Shown in pieces: positions 1 to 7,412 of a DNA stretch of 13,012 nucleotides; the first letter of the stretch is position 1, and every line of letters begins with the position of its first letter. Position numbers and translations under genes: made by a program. Source of the stretch: a virus. Below the pieces are notes generated by a model, which was not told the origin of the DNA, searched no databases, and saw nothing but the letters and a program-made list of their open reading frames with translations. The DNA lies in UHGV virus genome UHGV-0116252. One strand, given 5' to 3'.

Positions 1-49
1 ATTTTTTGAAAAATGCAAGTATCACGTCGACATCTTCGGCGAAAATTAT

Positions 50-802
50 CTATCTTGTCACTTTTCTCAATTGCGATTCAGCATACGCTTCTTCCTGCCA
101 GCACTTTGTAACCAGTTTATTAATAACGTCTGCATATCCTTTGTACCACTGATAATCCGTCAGGTCCGGTACCAGTTTCTGGACATGATGCCGCGCCAGT
201 GTGGTTGGTAAACGGCTAAACCGGTTTCCATTGCAACGCCCACAAATCTTATAAACAGGCGTGCCATGAAGCCGGGTCCTTTTTTCATCCAGGACAATAC
301 CTTTACCCTTACACCCTCTGCACGCTGTGCTGACTTCTCCCTTACCATGGCAATGCTGACATAGTTCCTTCACCCACTCTTCCTTGATAACAGATTCCCC
401 GCTTCTGGAGTGTTTCACCACTTCGCGCAATACATTATGAAATCCAGTACCAGCACAATGCTCACAGCGAGCCTTACTTGCCGCAGACCTGGAATAATCA
501 GCAAAGGCAAAATTCACAAGGTAAGGAATGATCTGTAGCCGGGTTTCTTCACTCAATTTATTCAATGTCGGGTTATCCAGTGCCATCGCGTAATTGAGCA
601 GACCTTCAATCGCAAACTGAGGATCCTGAACACCAACTTTTGCCAGGAATAAGGCAAACCCAAGCGGTGCTTTCGACTGCACCATCCCCTGCGCAGCCAT
701 CACATCCGTAATCGTTAAACCACCTGAGCCTGTCGCCGGTGCGTCATCGCTCAATTTTGGAGATTTTGGGGAGTAATATTTTGGTAAGGCTTCAAGGTTC
801 AT
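50..802 (-). CDS. Lambdoid late-gene antitermination protein Q
   Basis: Minus-strand ORF whose product carries clustered CxxC motifs (CEHCAGTG, CQHCHGKG, CRGCKGKG, CGRCNG) as in Q-family antiterminators, and it is the last gene of the early operon. Start placed at ATG 802 (MNLEALPK, GGAG 7 nt upstream); the track's GTG at 844 would overlap the upstream gene by 29 nt. Confidence 0.7.
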   Translation of the reverse strand: MNLEALPKYYSPKSPKLSDDAPATGSGGLTITDVMAAQGMVQSKAPLGFALFLAKVGVQDPQFAIEGLLNYAMALDNPTLNKLSEETRLQIIPYLVNFAFADYSRSAASKARCEHCAGTGFHNVLREVVKHSRSGESVIKEEWVKELCQHCHGKGEVSTACRGCKGKGIVLDEKRTRLHGTPVYKICGRCNGNRFSRLPTTLARHHVQKLVPDLTDYQWYKGYADVINKLVTKCWQEEAYAESQLRKVTR

Positions 803-815
803 GCTCGTTCTCCAC

Positions 816-1811
816 TTACGCCAGTACGCCAATTGCCAGCGCACGATCGATAAAACGAAATATCAGCTCCAGCTGGGAGCCATACTTCTCTTCAAATGCC
901 ACGGTATCCGCATGCAGCTCGTCGTGATGCTTTCTGCACAAAGGCAACACAAAGAGGTCATGCGCTTTTGTACCCATTCCACCCTGACCGTGGCCTATCA
1001 GGTGGTGGGGATCATCAGCAGGCTTTCCACAACATGCACACGGCTGTGTCTTAACCCAGCGCGTGTACTTTTCATTAACCCAGCGGCGACGTTTTGGGCG
1101 TAACATAAAAGACTCCGGCGACTCCGGATCCACTTTCAGCGCCAGCACCTTTTTTGCCTTATCCTGGATGATGCTGGTGGCAGGAACCGAAGGCACAAGG
1201 TCACTTTCCCGGGTGACAGACGGCACAACAGGCTTCGGTAATCTCAGTGCCTTACGGGCTGCACTTTCCGGTAAGGCATCCGCCAGGTCATTACGAATCA
1301 GCCACCAGCACAGTTCCGGCATTGTCACAACGTGACTGTCATCAAAACCGAGATCCCGACGCACAACAGACAACACCCAGCGGGCACAGTTATCCGTTGC
1401 CATTGATTCCAGCCGTTCCGTGAACTGATCGCGCAGCTGGTTATCGCAGTGCCAGCACAGACGGATTGCGCCCGGAGCGTGTCGCATTGTGGTCATGTTC
1501 TCGCTGTGCCAGTCGGAATGAGGCCACTGGCAGCCTTTTTCACGAAGTAACCAGCTTTCAAGACATTCCACGCCACCAGCACGACGGATCACTGCCTCAT
1601 TGCGGAACACGGCCCGAACGGCAGGATCATCCGCCAGCGGTTGTGATGCCGCCGGAACGGCACCACTGGCGAAAGATGAATAACGTTCCGGCTCAGGCTC
1701 CAGCAGGACACGCCCCTGCATAAACAGGGGCATCAGCTCTGAACCTGGTCTGAACAATACGATCCCCATACGCGGGGCAATTTCAGGGGTCAGTAGTGCT
1801 CTCACGGTCAC
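816..1811 (-). CDS. DUF968-like phage protein with C-terminal HNH-like Cys/His motif
   Basis: 331-codon ORF, GTG start at 1811 immediately after the KilA-N stop. C-terminus CACCGKP...HHLIGHGQGG...LCRKHHDELH resembles an HNH/zinc-binding motif. Lies between the nin-type genes and Q, as DUF968 genes do in lambdoid prophages. Family assignment is from memory. Confidence 0.55.
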   Translation of the reverse strand: MTVRALLTPEIAPRMGIVLFRPGSELMPLFMQGRVLLEPEPERYSSFASGAVPAASQPLADDPAVRAVFRNEAVIRRAGGVECLESWLLREKGCQWPHSDWHSENMTTMRHAPGAIRLCWHCDNQLRDQFTERLESMATDNCARWVLSVVRRDLGFDDSHVVTMPELCWWLIRNDLADALPESAARKALRLPKPVVPSVTRESDLVPSVPATSIIQDKAKKVLALKVDPESPESFMLRPKRRRWVNEKYTRWVKTQPCACCGKPADDPHHLIGHGQGGMGTKAHDLFVLPLCRKHHDELHADTVAFEEKYGSQLELIFRFIDRALAIGVLA

Positions 1812-1812
1812 C

Positions 1813-2622
1813 TCAATGAACGGTATCGAGCAGCTTTAACAGCTCAGGGAATCGGGATTCGAAGAAATGCGGCTGCGTCTCGCGCGGATTTGCGGGACTG
1901 GTGATGTTCTTGCCGAACATGCAGCCTTTCGCTGTCAGCGACCAGAATTTTTTGATGTTGTTAATCGCGGTACGGCTGTATCGTTCGCGTTGTTCAACGA
2001 TCCCCAGCTTCACCATCTGGTGATATGCCTGATTAGCCGTCAGGCGGATACCATACTGCTTCAGCAGTGCACTCAGCGACAGCGTGGGGCGACTTGAGCC
2101 ATCAGGCGCGTCAGCAGGAGCATCAATGGCATAGCGCGGTGCCAGATTCGGTAAGCCAACAGCCTCCTGAAGCTTCTGACAGGCTCCAAGCACTGATGAG
2201 TTAGACAGATTTAATTCCCGGCGCATAAAGTCCAGCAGAATCACTCCAGCCTGCATCTTGTCAGCAGCCTGTCCGGATAATTTTTCCGGTGCGCTGGTTA
2301 CCATGTCGAAAGTACGGATCACCTTCAGATGGAATGACGGGCTGATCCACATTGCATAGGCATACACCAGTTCCTTGCAGACATAAGTTCCCCGTTCATT
2401 TCCCCCATGAATCACACTCACCGGGTCAACACCCAAATTCTGGGTGTTGGTTAATTCATGAACAAGTTCAACAGTTTGTTGGCTGGAAAGAAACTTTCCT
2501 GGCTCCTTGGTTCTGGCATTTGCACCAGATGCTACTGCTGCGCGATGCAGATCGTTCAGGCTGTAACGCCCATAAGCATCACGACGAACTTCAATACCAT
2601 CAATGACCATCAGATTATTCAT
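1813..2622 (-). CDS. KilA-N domain protein
   Basis: 269-codon ORF with ATG at 2622 and GAGGAG 9 nt upstream. N-terminus (IDGIEVRRDAYGRYSLNDLHRAA) matches the KilA-N DNA-binding domain pattern; C-terminal half not recognised. Confidence 0.6.
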   Translation of the reverse strand: MNNLMVIDGIEVRRDAYGRYSLNDLHRAAVASGANARTKEPGKFLSSQQTVELVHELTNTQNLGVDPVSVIHGGNERGTYVCKELVYAYAMWISPSFHLKVIRTFDMVTSAPEKLSGQAADKMQAGVILLDFMRRELNLSNSSVLGACQKLQEAVGLPNLAPRYAIDAPADAPDGSSRPTLSLSALLKQYGIRLTANQAYHQMVKLGIVEQRERYSRTAINNIKKFWSLTAKGCMFGKNITSPANPRETQPHFFESRFPELLKLLDTVH

Positions 2623-2641
2623 ACTTCGTTTCTCCTCTTAA

Positions 2642-3031
2642 TCAGGCGGCTGCACCCGCCGTTTTCTCGTACTTACTGATAGTGATCTCGACCTTCCCTT
2701 CCGGGATAACCGGTCCCCACTCCACCAGCATTCTTTTCACCTGACTGTCGTCTTCCCACACCCCCGCGTGGGTCAGGGCGTCAAACAGCGCCTTGTTATA
2801 GTTGTCCAGATCGCGGATCCGGTTATCCGGAGGAAACAACACGATCTCCACTGAAGCAGGTGCCGACGTTGGTTTCGGCAGACGACGTAACTGCTCAACT
2901 ATTGCTGCGCACGCCGCACTCTGGAATTTTCGCCCCGCCGCGCTTATCAGGCTCTTACCAGCAAACGCCCCTTTGTTGGGGTGTCGCCAGTACGTGTTCA
3001 CGCTGGGCGGGAAAGGCAGAATCAGCTTCAT
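2642..3031 (-). CDS. rusA: Holliday junction resolvase RusA
   Basis: 129 aa; LPFPPSVNTYWRH and IRDLDNYNKALFDALTHAGVWEDDSQV align with E. coli RusA ([40 protein letters not shown]). ATGA start/stop overlap with the upstream gene. Confidence 0.85.
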   Translation of the reverse strand: MKLILPFPPSVNTYWRHPNKGAFAGKSLISAAGRKFQSAACAAIVEQLRRLPKPTSAPASVEIVLFPPDNRIRDLDNYNKALFDALTHAGVWEDDSQVKRMLVEWGPVIPEGKVEITISKYEKTAGAAA

Positions 3032-3354
3032 ACTTTCAGACCCCTCTCATGTAACCAGTGGGCTGCACGCAGCCTGGCGTTTTCCTCACCGGCAAGCAGT
3101 GAGCGGATAATCCCGACCGCCTCGCTGTCGTCGTCCTTCACCGCGGTATGAAGCGTTATCCCCCGGGCCACGCCACGCTTTATCGTGATGACGCCTTTTT
3201 TCTCCAGTGCGCGAAGATGTTCCACCGCTGCATTCACTGAACGGTATCCCAGCATGGTTGCCACCTCCTGATTGGTTGGCGGGAAGCCACGTTCTTTCTG
3301 GTAAGAAATCAGCATATCCAGCACCTGCTGCTGGCATTGAGTTAACGTCGTCAT
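3028..3354 (-). CDS. LexA N-terminal DNA-binding domain homolog lacking the S24 peptidase domain
   Basis: 108 aa; residues 6-70 (QQQVLDMLISYQKERGFPPTNQEVATMLGYRSVNAAVEHLRALEKKGVITI) closely parallel the LexA winged-helix domain (RQQEVFDLIRDH...[36 protein letters not shown]). No Ser/Lys autocleavage module follows. ATGA overlap with the Dam gene. Confidence 0.65.
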   Translation of the reverse strand: MTTLTQCQQQVLDMLISYQKERGFPPTNQEVATMLGYRSVNAAVEHLRALEKKGVITIKRGVARGITLHTAVKDDDSEAVGIIRSLLAGEENARLRAAHWLHERGLKV

Positions 3355-4004
3355 GCCGCCATCTCCCTGACCAGTTTTTCCGCCTGCTGACGAACCTGCT
3401 CCAGAAACGCCTCACCACATGCCTCAAGTTCATCGCGCCCGATGTAGCTGATTGCCGGTCCCTTCCAGGTCTTGTCGAAAACAGCAATAGCACCAGCGAA
3501 GAAAGCGCCTGTCAGCACCTGCTTCTCGTCCTTCGGGATAAACCAGGCAGGCAGTTCAAAACCAATACGCCCGCGAATAAAAGCAATATGATCTGCATCT
3601 TCCGGCCACCACACTTCGCTGGTGGCAGCTTTGATCAGGAAAACATAGCGCCCGCCCTTATCACGCATGGCACTGGCATGCTTCATGATGTAACGCATGC
3701 CGGTGATGTATTGCCCTTCATGCTGACTGGCGCGGCTGTACGGGGGATTACCAAAGGCAGCACCTTTAAGCTCCGCAAGACGTTCAGACCAGTCATGCGC
3801 CAGCGCGTTGTCTTCCGCAGTGTAATAAGCGGCACATTTGGCGTTATCACCATCAGTGAACAGATCCAGAACAAACGGGCCAAACAGGGTGTTAATTCCC
3901 CAGAAAATGTTGTCCGGCGTGCGCCACTGATCGCCCACTTCCTTCAGTTCATGGGCTGGTTTGTTCCGCAGTTCCACCAGCGCCTGGCAATATTTATTAC
4001 TCAT
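3351..4004 (-). CDS. Phage-type DNA N6-adenine methyltransferase (Dam family)
   Basis: NPPY catalytic motif (AFGNPPYSR) plus an upstream WRTP...DLFTDG block typical of phage Dam methyltransferases. Start set at ATG 4004 (MSNKYCQ), which overlaps the upstream stop as TAATG, rather than the track start at 4037. Confidence 0.75.
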   Translation of the reverse strand: MSNKYCQALVELRNKPAHELKEVGDQWRTPDNIFWGINTLFGPFVLDLFTDGDNAKCAAYYTAEDNALAHDWSERLAELKGAAFGNPPYSRASQHEGQYITGMRYIMKHASAMRDKGGRYVFLIKAATSEVWWPEDADHIAFIRGRIGFELPAWFIPKDEKQVLTGAFFAGAIAVFDKTWKGPAISYIGRDELEACGEAFLEQVRQQAEKLVREMAA

Positions 4005-4492
4005 TAAGCCCCCACGTAATTCCCTGACAGATACCACTCTTCACCCGATGCAGCGCGCTTGCTGCTTTTCCGTAAGCACCGCTCACGACGCGCCAGAAAA
4101 TTGTTTCGTTCTGGCTGGGAGTGGCTTTCACGGAATGCCGCCATCCACACCGTTGCAGCACGACGGTATAGGCCCCTGGACTCCAGTTCTTCAGCCTGGC
4201 GGGTCAGGCACAAAATCACCCGTGGATCGTTAGTGCCGACATAGAAATTGCGCACAGGTCTGGTTTCACGAACTGGTTGTGGTTCCGGCTCCTGCGCTCT
4301 CTCAGTCAGGCGCGGGAAATGTCTGCGTGTATCCCCTTCACAACGGTGAGCCACACGCCCACTCTGACGTAACTTGCTTGCTGACTGCAGAACGCGCTGC
4401 CGTGAGTAACCTGCAAAAGCATCCGCAATGTCTCCGGAAGTACACCCCGGATGGGCTTCAATGAATTTCTGAACTTCATTCAAAAGACTCAT
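4004..4492 (-). CDS. PerC-like transcriptional regulator (tentative)
   Basis: C-terminal segment AEELESRGLYRRAATVWMAAF...ERNNFLARRERCL matches the PerC-family signature as I recall it (LESKGLWRRAA..W). Start placed at ATG 4492 (GGGGG about 5 nt upstream); the track starts at GTG 4498. Confidence 0.45.
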   Translation of the reverse strand: MSLLNEVQKFIEAHPGCTSGDIADAFAGYSRQRVLQSASKLRQSGRVAHRCEGDTRRHFPRLTERAQEPEPQPVRETRPVRNFYVGTNDPRVILCLTRQAEELESRGLYRRAATVWMAAFRESHSQPERNNFLARRERCLRKSSKRAASGEEWYLSGNYVGA

Positions 4493-4494
4493 GA

Positions 4495-5436
4495 TCACCC
4501 CCTGAATCCTGCCGGGATCTGGCTGTAGTCCACGTTGTCGTAACTGGATTTGAAATACGGGTCTTCGCGTTTTTCTGTGTATGTGCTGATGGACGGCGAT
4601 AAGCGCAGGGAAAGCTCATCCCATTTTTCCCGCAGCTTCGACGGGCTGAGCACGTTACGGCACCAGAACGGATCGCGGCTGACGCGGCTGTACATCTCGC
4701 AGATTTGTTTGTGAGTACGACCATCCTGCACACACATCAGGCGAATTTCGTTTGCCCAGGCTGTCCAGTTCGGTTCTTTGGGACGAACCACCTCGCCGTC
4801 ACATTCGGCGGCCTGCTCGTACAGGGCGATGATTTTTTTCCAGAGCCACTGTGCGCAGGTCAAATCATCCTGCGTCCCCCACTGGCGCTTTTTAGGGCTG
4901 AATACAACCGCATCAGGATGGCGAGTTAAAAAATACTGTTCAGCCGTCTGCGTGTCCGGTTGCGAAGCATCCGGACGAGAAGGTTTTTTATCTGACGGAT
5001 CATGTTTTGATTTTACTGACGGATCCCCGCCAGATTCTGACGGGTGAAAACCCGCTTTTTTGCCAGATTTCGACGCATCAAATTTTGACGGGTCAGATTT
5101 TGATGCGTCAGATTTTGACGGGTCAGAATCTGACAGTTGAGAAAATGCCGCTGCCTGAAGCTTCGCAACGTTAAGCTGATAAACATTCGACGCATTGCGG
5201 TTACCCTGGCGACGCGCCTTACGCGTTAACCAGCCTTCTGCTTCCAGCCGTGCGATAGCCGTTCTGACGGTACTCATCCCCGCGCCAATCTGGCGGGCAA
5301 TGGTTTCAATTGATGGCCAGCACACACCTTCGTCATTACTGAAATCAGCCAGGCGGGCCATAATTGCCACGCTGGATAATTTCATGCCTGACGCAGCGCA
5401 ACCATCCCATACATAGCCGGTTAATTTAGTGCTCAT
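4495..5436 (-). CDS. Replication initiator: N-terminal HTH, repeat-encoded linker, DnaT-like C-terminus
   Basis: 313 aa; N-terminal HTH-like segment (SIETIARQIGAGMSTVRTAIARLEAEGW); central low-complexity linker (DPSKSDASKSDPSKFDASKS) encoded by tandem 15-bp DNA repeats; C-terminal end SQIPAGFRG resembles the E. coli DnaT C-terminus (recalled as SQIPPGFRG). ATG 5436 with GAGG 6 nt upstream. Confidence 0.7.
   Translation of the reverse strand: MSTKLTGYVWDGCAASGMKLSSVAIMARLADFSNDEGVCWPSIETIARQIGAGMSTVRTAIARLEAEGWLTRKARRQGNRNASNVYQLNVAKLQAAAFSQLSDSDPSKSDASKSDPSKFDASKSGKKAGFHPSESGGDPSVKSKHDPSDKKPSRPDASQPDTQTAEQYFLTRHPDAVVFSPKKRQWGTQDDLTCAQWLWKKIIALYEQAAECDGEVVRPKEPNWTAWANEIRLMCVQDGRTHKQICEMYSRVSRDPFWCRNVLSPSKLREKWDELSLRLSPSISTYTEKREDPYFKSSYDNVDYSQIPAGFRG
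4990..5138. repeat. Iteron-like direct repeats inside the replication gene (candidate origin)
   Basis: Five tandem 15-bp units at 5064, 5079, 5094, 5109 and 5124 (cagatttcgacgcat, caaattttgacgggt, cagattttgatgcgt, cagattttgacgggt, cagaatctgacagtt), plus degenerate copies at 5031-5045, 5011-5025 and 4990-5003. Lambda ori also lies inside the initiator gene. Confidence 0.6.
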
Positions 5437-5445
5437 GACCGACCT

Positions 5446-5784
5446 CTATTTCCCTGAATTTACGACGAAACTGTTCGAGCGGGCTGAAGCACTCATGCTC
5501 ATAGCCTTCGCGGAGGTAGATAACTCGTTGTGTTTCCGGCTCCCAACGAATGACTCTGACGGGCACTCCGTAGTGATCTTTGAACCAGCGGTTAACTTGT
5601 CGCAAAGGACTGTCTCCTTCTGCCGGTTGAAATCACCCACAGCCCACTCAGCAAAGCTGTGGGTTACAATTTCCCTGTCACCTGGTACATTAACTGCATA
5701 GCAATACTCCACCTTCGCTTTTCCACCCGGTACAGGAAGCGCAATCAGTTGCGAGCGACGGTAGTGTGTTGTTAAACTGTTCAT
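5446..5784 (-). CDS. Hypothetical protein, possibly frameshifted
   Basis: ATG 5784 overlaps the upstream stop (ATGA). The first ~55 codons look protein-like; the C-terminal half is Ser-rich and low complexity, while the -1 frame over 5426..5605 gives a more protein-like sequence ([58 protein letters not shown]). Confidence 0.35.
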   Translation of the reverse strand: MNSLTTHYRRSQLIALPVPGGKAKVEYCYAVNVPGDREIVTHSFAEWAVGDFNRQKETVLCDKLTAGSKITTECPSESFVGSRKHNELSTSAKAMSMSASARSNSFVVNSGK

Positions 5785-6344
5785 GCGTTAGTTTCTCCAC
5801 AGTCACGACACGCCACGGCGCCCGGAGCTGCACACTCGCGGGCGTCATTACTTTCTGAAATGCAAAAGATTTTGTAGACCAGTGCTGCATGCTCCTGCAG
5901 CTTCGAAATTGAGAGATACAGCTCGTCGTTAATTGCTGTCTTCTCATGCGGTTCCACCACACCGTCTTCGATTGCCGAACGAATCTGTCTGGAATAACTG
6001 CCAATCTGTTCAATGACTTCCAGCAGGCGCTGGTTAATATCGGCGTTGTCCACATCCTCGACGTCAGGAAGAGACACAAAGACGCCATTTGCAGACTGCG
6101 CCACAGCATCAGCAATGAAGTGAGTGCCACCAGCACGTTGTAAAATCATTGCCCATCCCAGCGGGAAAATCTGATCGCCATCGGCACGAAGGCGGTTAAA
6201 TAATGCGTTTTCTGTTACATCCAGCCAGTCAGCTGCTTCAGCGTAACCACCCGGCAACGCCGCGATAGTTTTTCTGACAGCTTTCACGTACCACTCAGGC
6301 TGTTTTTCTACTTTCCAGTGATGCTTACCCACGGTTAGCCTCAT
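5781..6344 (-). CDS. CII-like / YdaT-family early regulator (tentative)
   Basis: 187-aa ORF directly downstream of the YdaS-like cro gene; the segment [25 protein letters not shown] resembles the HTH region of phage CII-like (CP76/YdaT) proteins as I recall them. Position matches cII in lambdoid maps. Confidence 0.45.
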   Translation of the reverse strand: MRLTVGKHHWKVEKQPEWYVKAVRKTIAALPGGYAEAADWLDVTENALFNRLRADGDQIFPLGWAMILQRAGGTHFIADAVAQSANGVFVSLPDVEDVDNADINQRLLEVIEQIGSYSRQIRSAIEDGVVEPHEKTAINDELYLSISKLQEHAALVYKIFCISESNDARECAAPGAVACRDCGETNA

Positions 6345-6375
6345 CGTTCTGTGGTTAAAAATTGAAGGTGTTCTG

Positions 6376-6576
6376 TTAATCTTTCGGATAGATATCCGGT
6401 CTTAAGTCAGATTTCGTAATTGCACCTGACGTGCATTGCTCAAGTTTTTTAGCCAGCACAAAACTGGCTTTTTTATAACCATTGAAAACCAGCCGTAAGT
6501 AGCCTGGTGTTGAGCCAACTTTTCCGGCCAACTCACCCTGCTGTTCTTTGGTTAAAGAGTCCCAATACGCTTTCAT
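6376..6576 (-). CDS. Cro-like repressor (YdaS/DUF1019-type HTH)
   Basis: 66-aa product MKAYWDSLTKEQQGELAGKVGSTPGYLRLVFNGYKKA...ITKSDLRPDIYPKD; the C-terminal LRPDI motif resembles YdaS-type Cro. ATG 6576 with GGAGGT 9 nt upstream. Divergent from the CI gene. The track ORF 6376..6879 is an artefactual upstream extension. Confidence 0.7.
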   Translation of the reverse strand: MKAYWDSLTKEQQGELAGKVGSTPGYLRLVFNGYKKASFVLAKKLEQCTSGAITKSDLRPDIYPKD

Positions 6577-6666
6577 ACAATATGTACCTCCGGTATACAT
6601 ATTACATGATTGAGATGAACCTTCAAGATACTTGTACCTTAACGGTACAAGGGTTTTAATTTCGTT
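6577..6666. promoter_or_regulatory. Divergent immunity-region promoters and operators (pR/pRM-like)
   Basis: Perfect palindrome CTTGTACC-ttaac-GGTACAAG at 6631..6651; imperfect palindrome ATATGTA-N9-TACATAT at 6580..6602. Candidate pR on the minus strand: -35 TTGAAG (6626..6621), 16-bp spacer, -10 TAATAT (6604..6599). Candidate pRM on the plus strand: -35 TTGTAC (6632..6637), -10 TTTAAT (6655..6660), with no SD before the CI ATG at 6667. Confidence 0.6.
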
Positions 6667-7341
6667 ATGAAAACAATCCATGACATCCGGCGGTCTAACG
6701 CCAGAAAACTGAGAGATGGTGTTGGCGGGAATTCTTCCTTTGCCACCATGATTGATCGCGAGCCAACCCAGACCAGCAGGTTTATGGGAGATGGTGCAAC
6801 TAAAAATATCGGTGACAGCATGGCACGGCACATCGAAAAATGTTTCGACCTGCCTGTCGGATGGCTTGATCAAGAACACCAGACAACGAACATCACAAAA
6901 AAACCTGACGTTTCAATCACTAACAAACAAATAACGTTAGTCCCTGTCATATCATGGGTACAGGCCGGAGCATGGAAAGAAGTTGGCTATTCTGAGGTTG
7001 ATTTGAGCACAGCAGAAACTTATCCCTGCCCTGTACCCTGTGGCGAAATGACTTATATCTTGCGGGTGATTGGTGATTCAATGATTGATGAGTACCGCCC
7101 GGGAGACATGATTTTTGTTGATCCTGAAGTCCCTGCCTGCCACGGTGACGACGTTATTGCATTGATGCACGATACAGGCGAAACCACCTTCAAGCGGTTG
7201 ATAGAAGATGGAACACAGCGTTATCTCAAAGCATTAAACCCAAACTGGCCTGAGCCTTACATTAAGATTAACGGTAATTGCTCTATAATTGGTACAGTGA
7301 TTTTCTCAGGAAAACCAAGAAGATACATAATAAAGGCCTAA
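6667..7341 (+). CDS. CI-type prophage repressor (HTH plus S24 LexA-like peptidase domain)
   Basis: 224 aa; N-terminal HTH region ending in VGWL, linker, then C-terminal S24 autocleavage domain with Ser motif VIGDSM and Lys motif TFKRL. Divergent from cro. Confidence 0.85.
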   Translation: MKTIHDIRRSNARKLRDGVGGNSSFATMIDREPTQTSRFMGDGATKNIGDSMARHIEKCFDLPVGWLDQEHQTTNITKKPDVSITNKQITLVPVISWVQAGAWKEVGYSEVDLSTAETYPCPVPCGEMTYILRVIGDSMIDEYRPGDMIFVDPEVPACHGDDVIALMHDTGETTFKRLIEDGTQRYLKALNPNWPEPYIKINGNCSIIGTVIFSGKPRRYIIKA

Positions 7342-7352
7342 TCAATATTTAT

Positions 7353-7376
7353 AACCTGCTTCGGCAGGTTTTTTTA
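7353..7376 (+). terminator. Rho-independent terminator after the repressor gene
   Basis: Stem aacctgc (7353..7359), loop ttcg, stem gcaggtt (7364..7370), followed by a run of T to 7375. Begins 12 nt after the CI stop. Confidence 0.65.
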
Positions 7377-7379
7377 TAC

Positions 7380-7412
7380 TTGACAATGTACCTTTGGGAT
7401 ACATAATGTATC
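7380..7412 (+). promoter_or_regulatory. pL-like sigma70 promoter with overlapping operator palindrome
   Basis: -35 TTGACA (7380..7385), 16-bp spacer, -10 CATAAT (7402..7407). Perfect palindrome GATACAT-a-ATGTATC (7398..7412) overlaps the -10, and an ATGTACC half-site (7386..7392) matches the OR half-sites. Confidence 0.55.

Noticed and set aside
1-49. Late promoter pR' and qut site downstream of Q
   Set aside because: Only 49 bp of sequence lie beyond the Q stop in this window, too little to identify a promoter and Q-utilisation site.
3207-4007. 266-aa plus-strand ORF
   Set aside because: Antisense to the Dam methyltransferase and LexA-like genes, which have clear family motifs (NPPY, LexA helix) and translational coupling; this is a shadow ORF.
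5013-5195. 60-aa minus-strand ORF with peptide repeats (LTRQNL)
   Set aside because: It is an alternative frame across the iteron array inside the replication gene; the repetition reflects the DNA repeats, not a gene.
5429-5701. 90-aa plus-strand ORF
   Set aside because: Antisense to the early operon with no ribosome-binding site; both minus-strand frames here are more plausible.
6376-6879. 167-aa minus-strand ORF spanning cro, the operator region and the start of the repressor gene
   Set aside because: Only the last 66 codons (from ATG 6576, with GGAGGT upstream) form a credible Cro-like gene. The upstream part runs through the promoter/operator DNA antisense to the repressor gene and has no ribosome-binding site.
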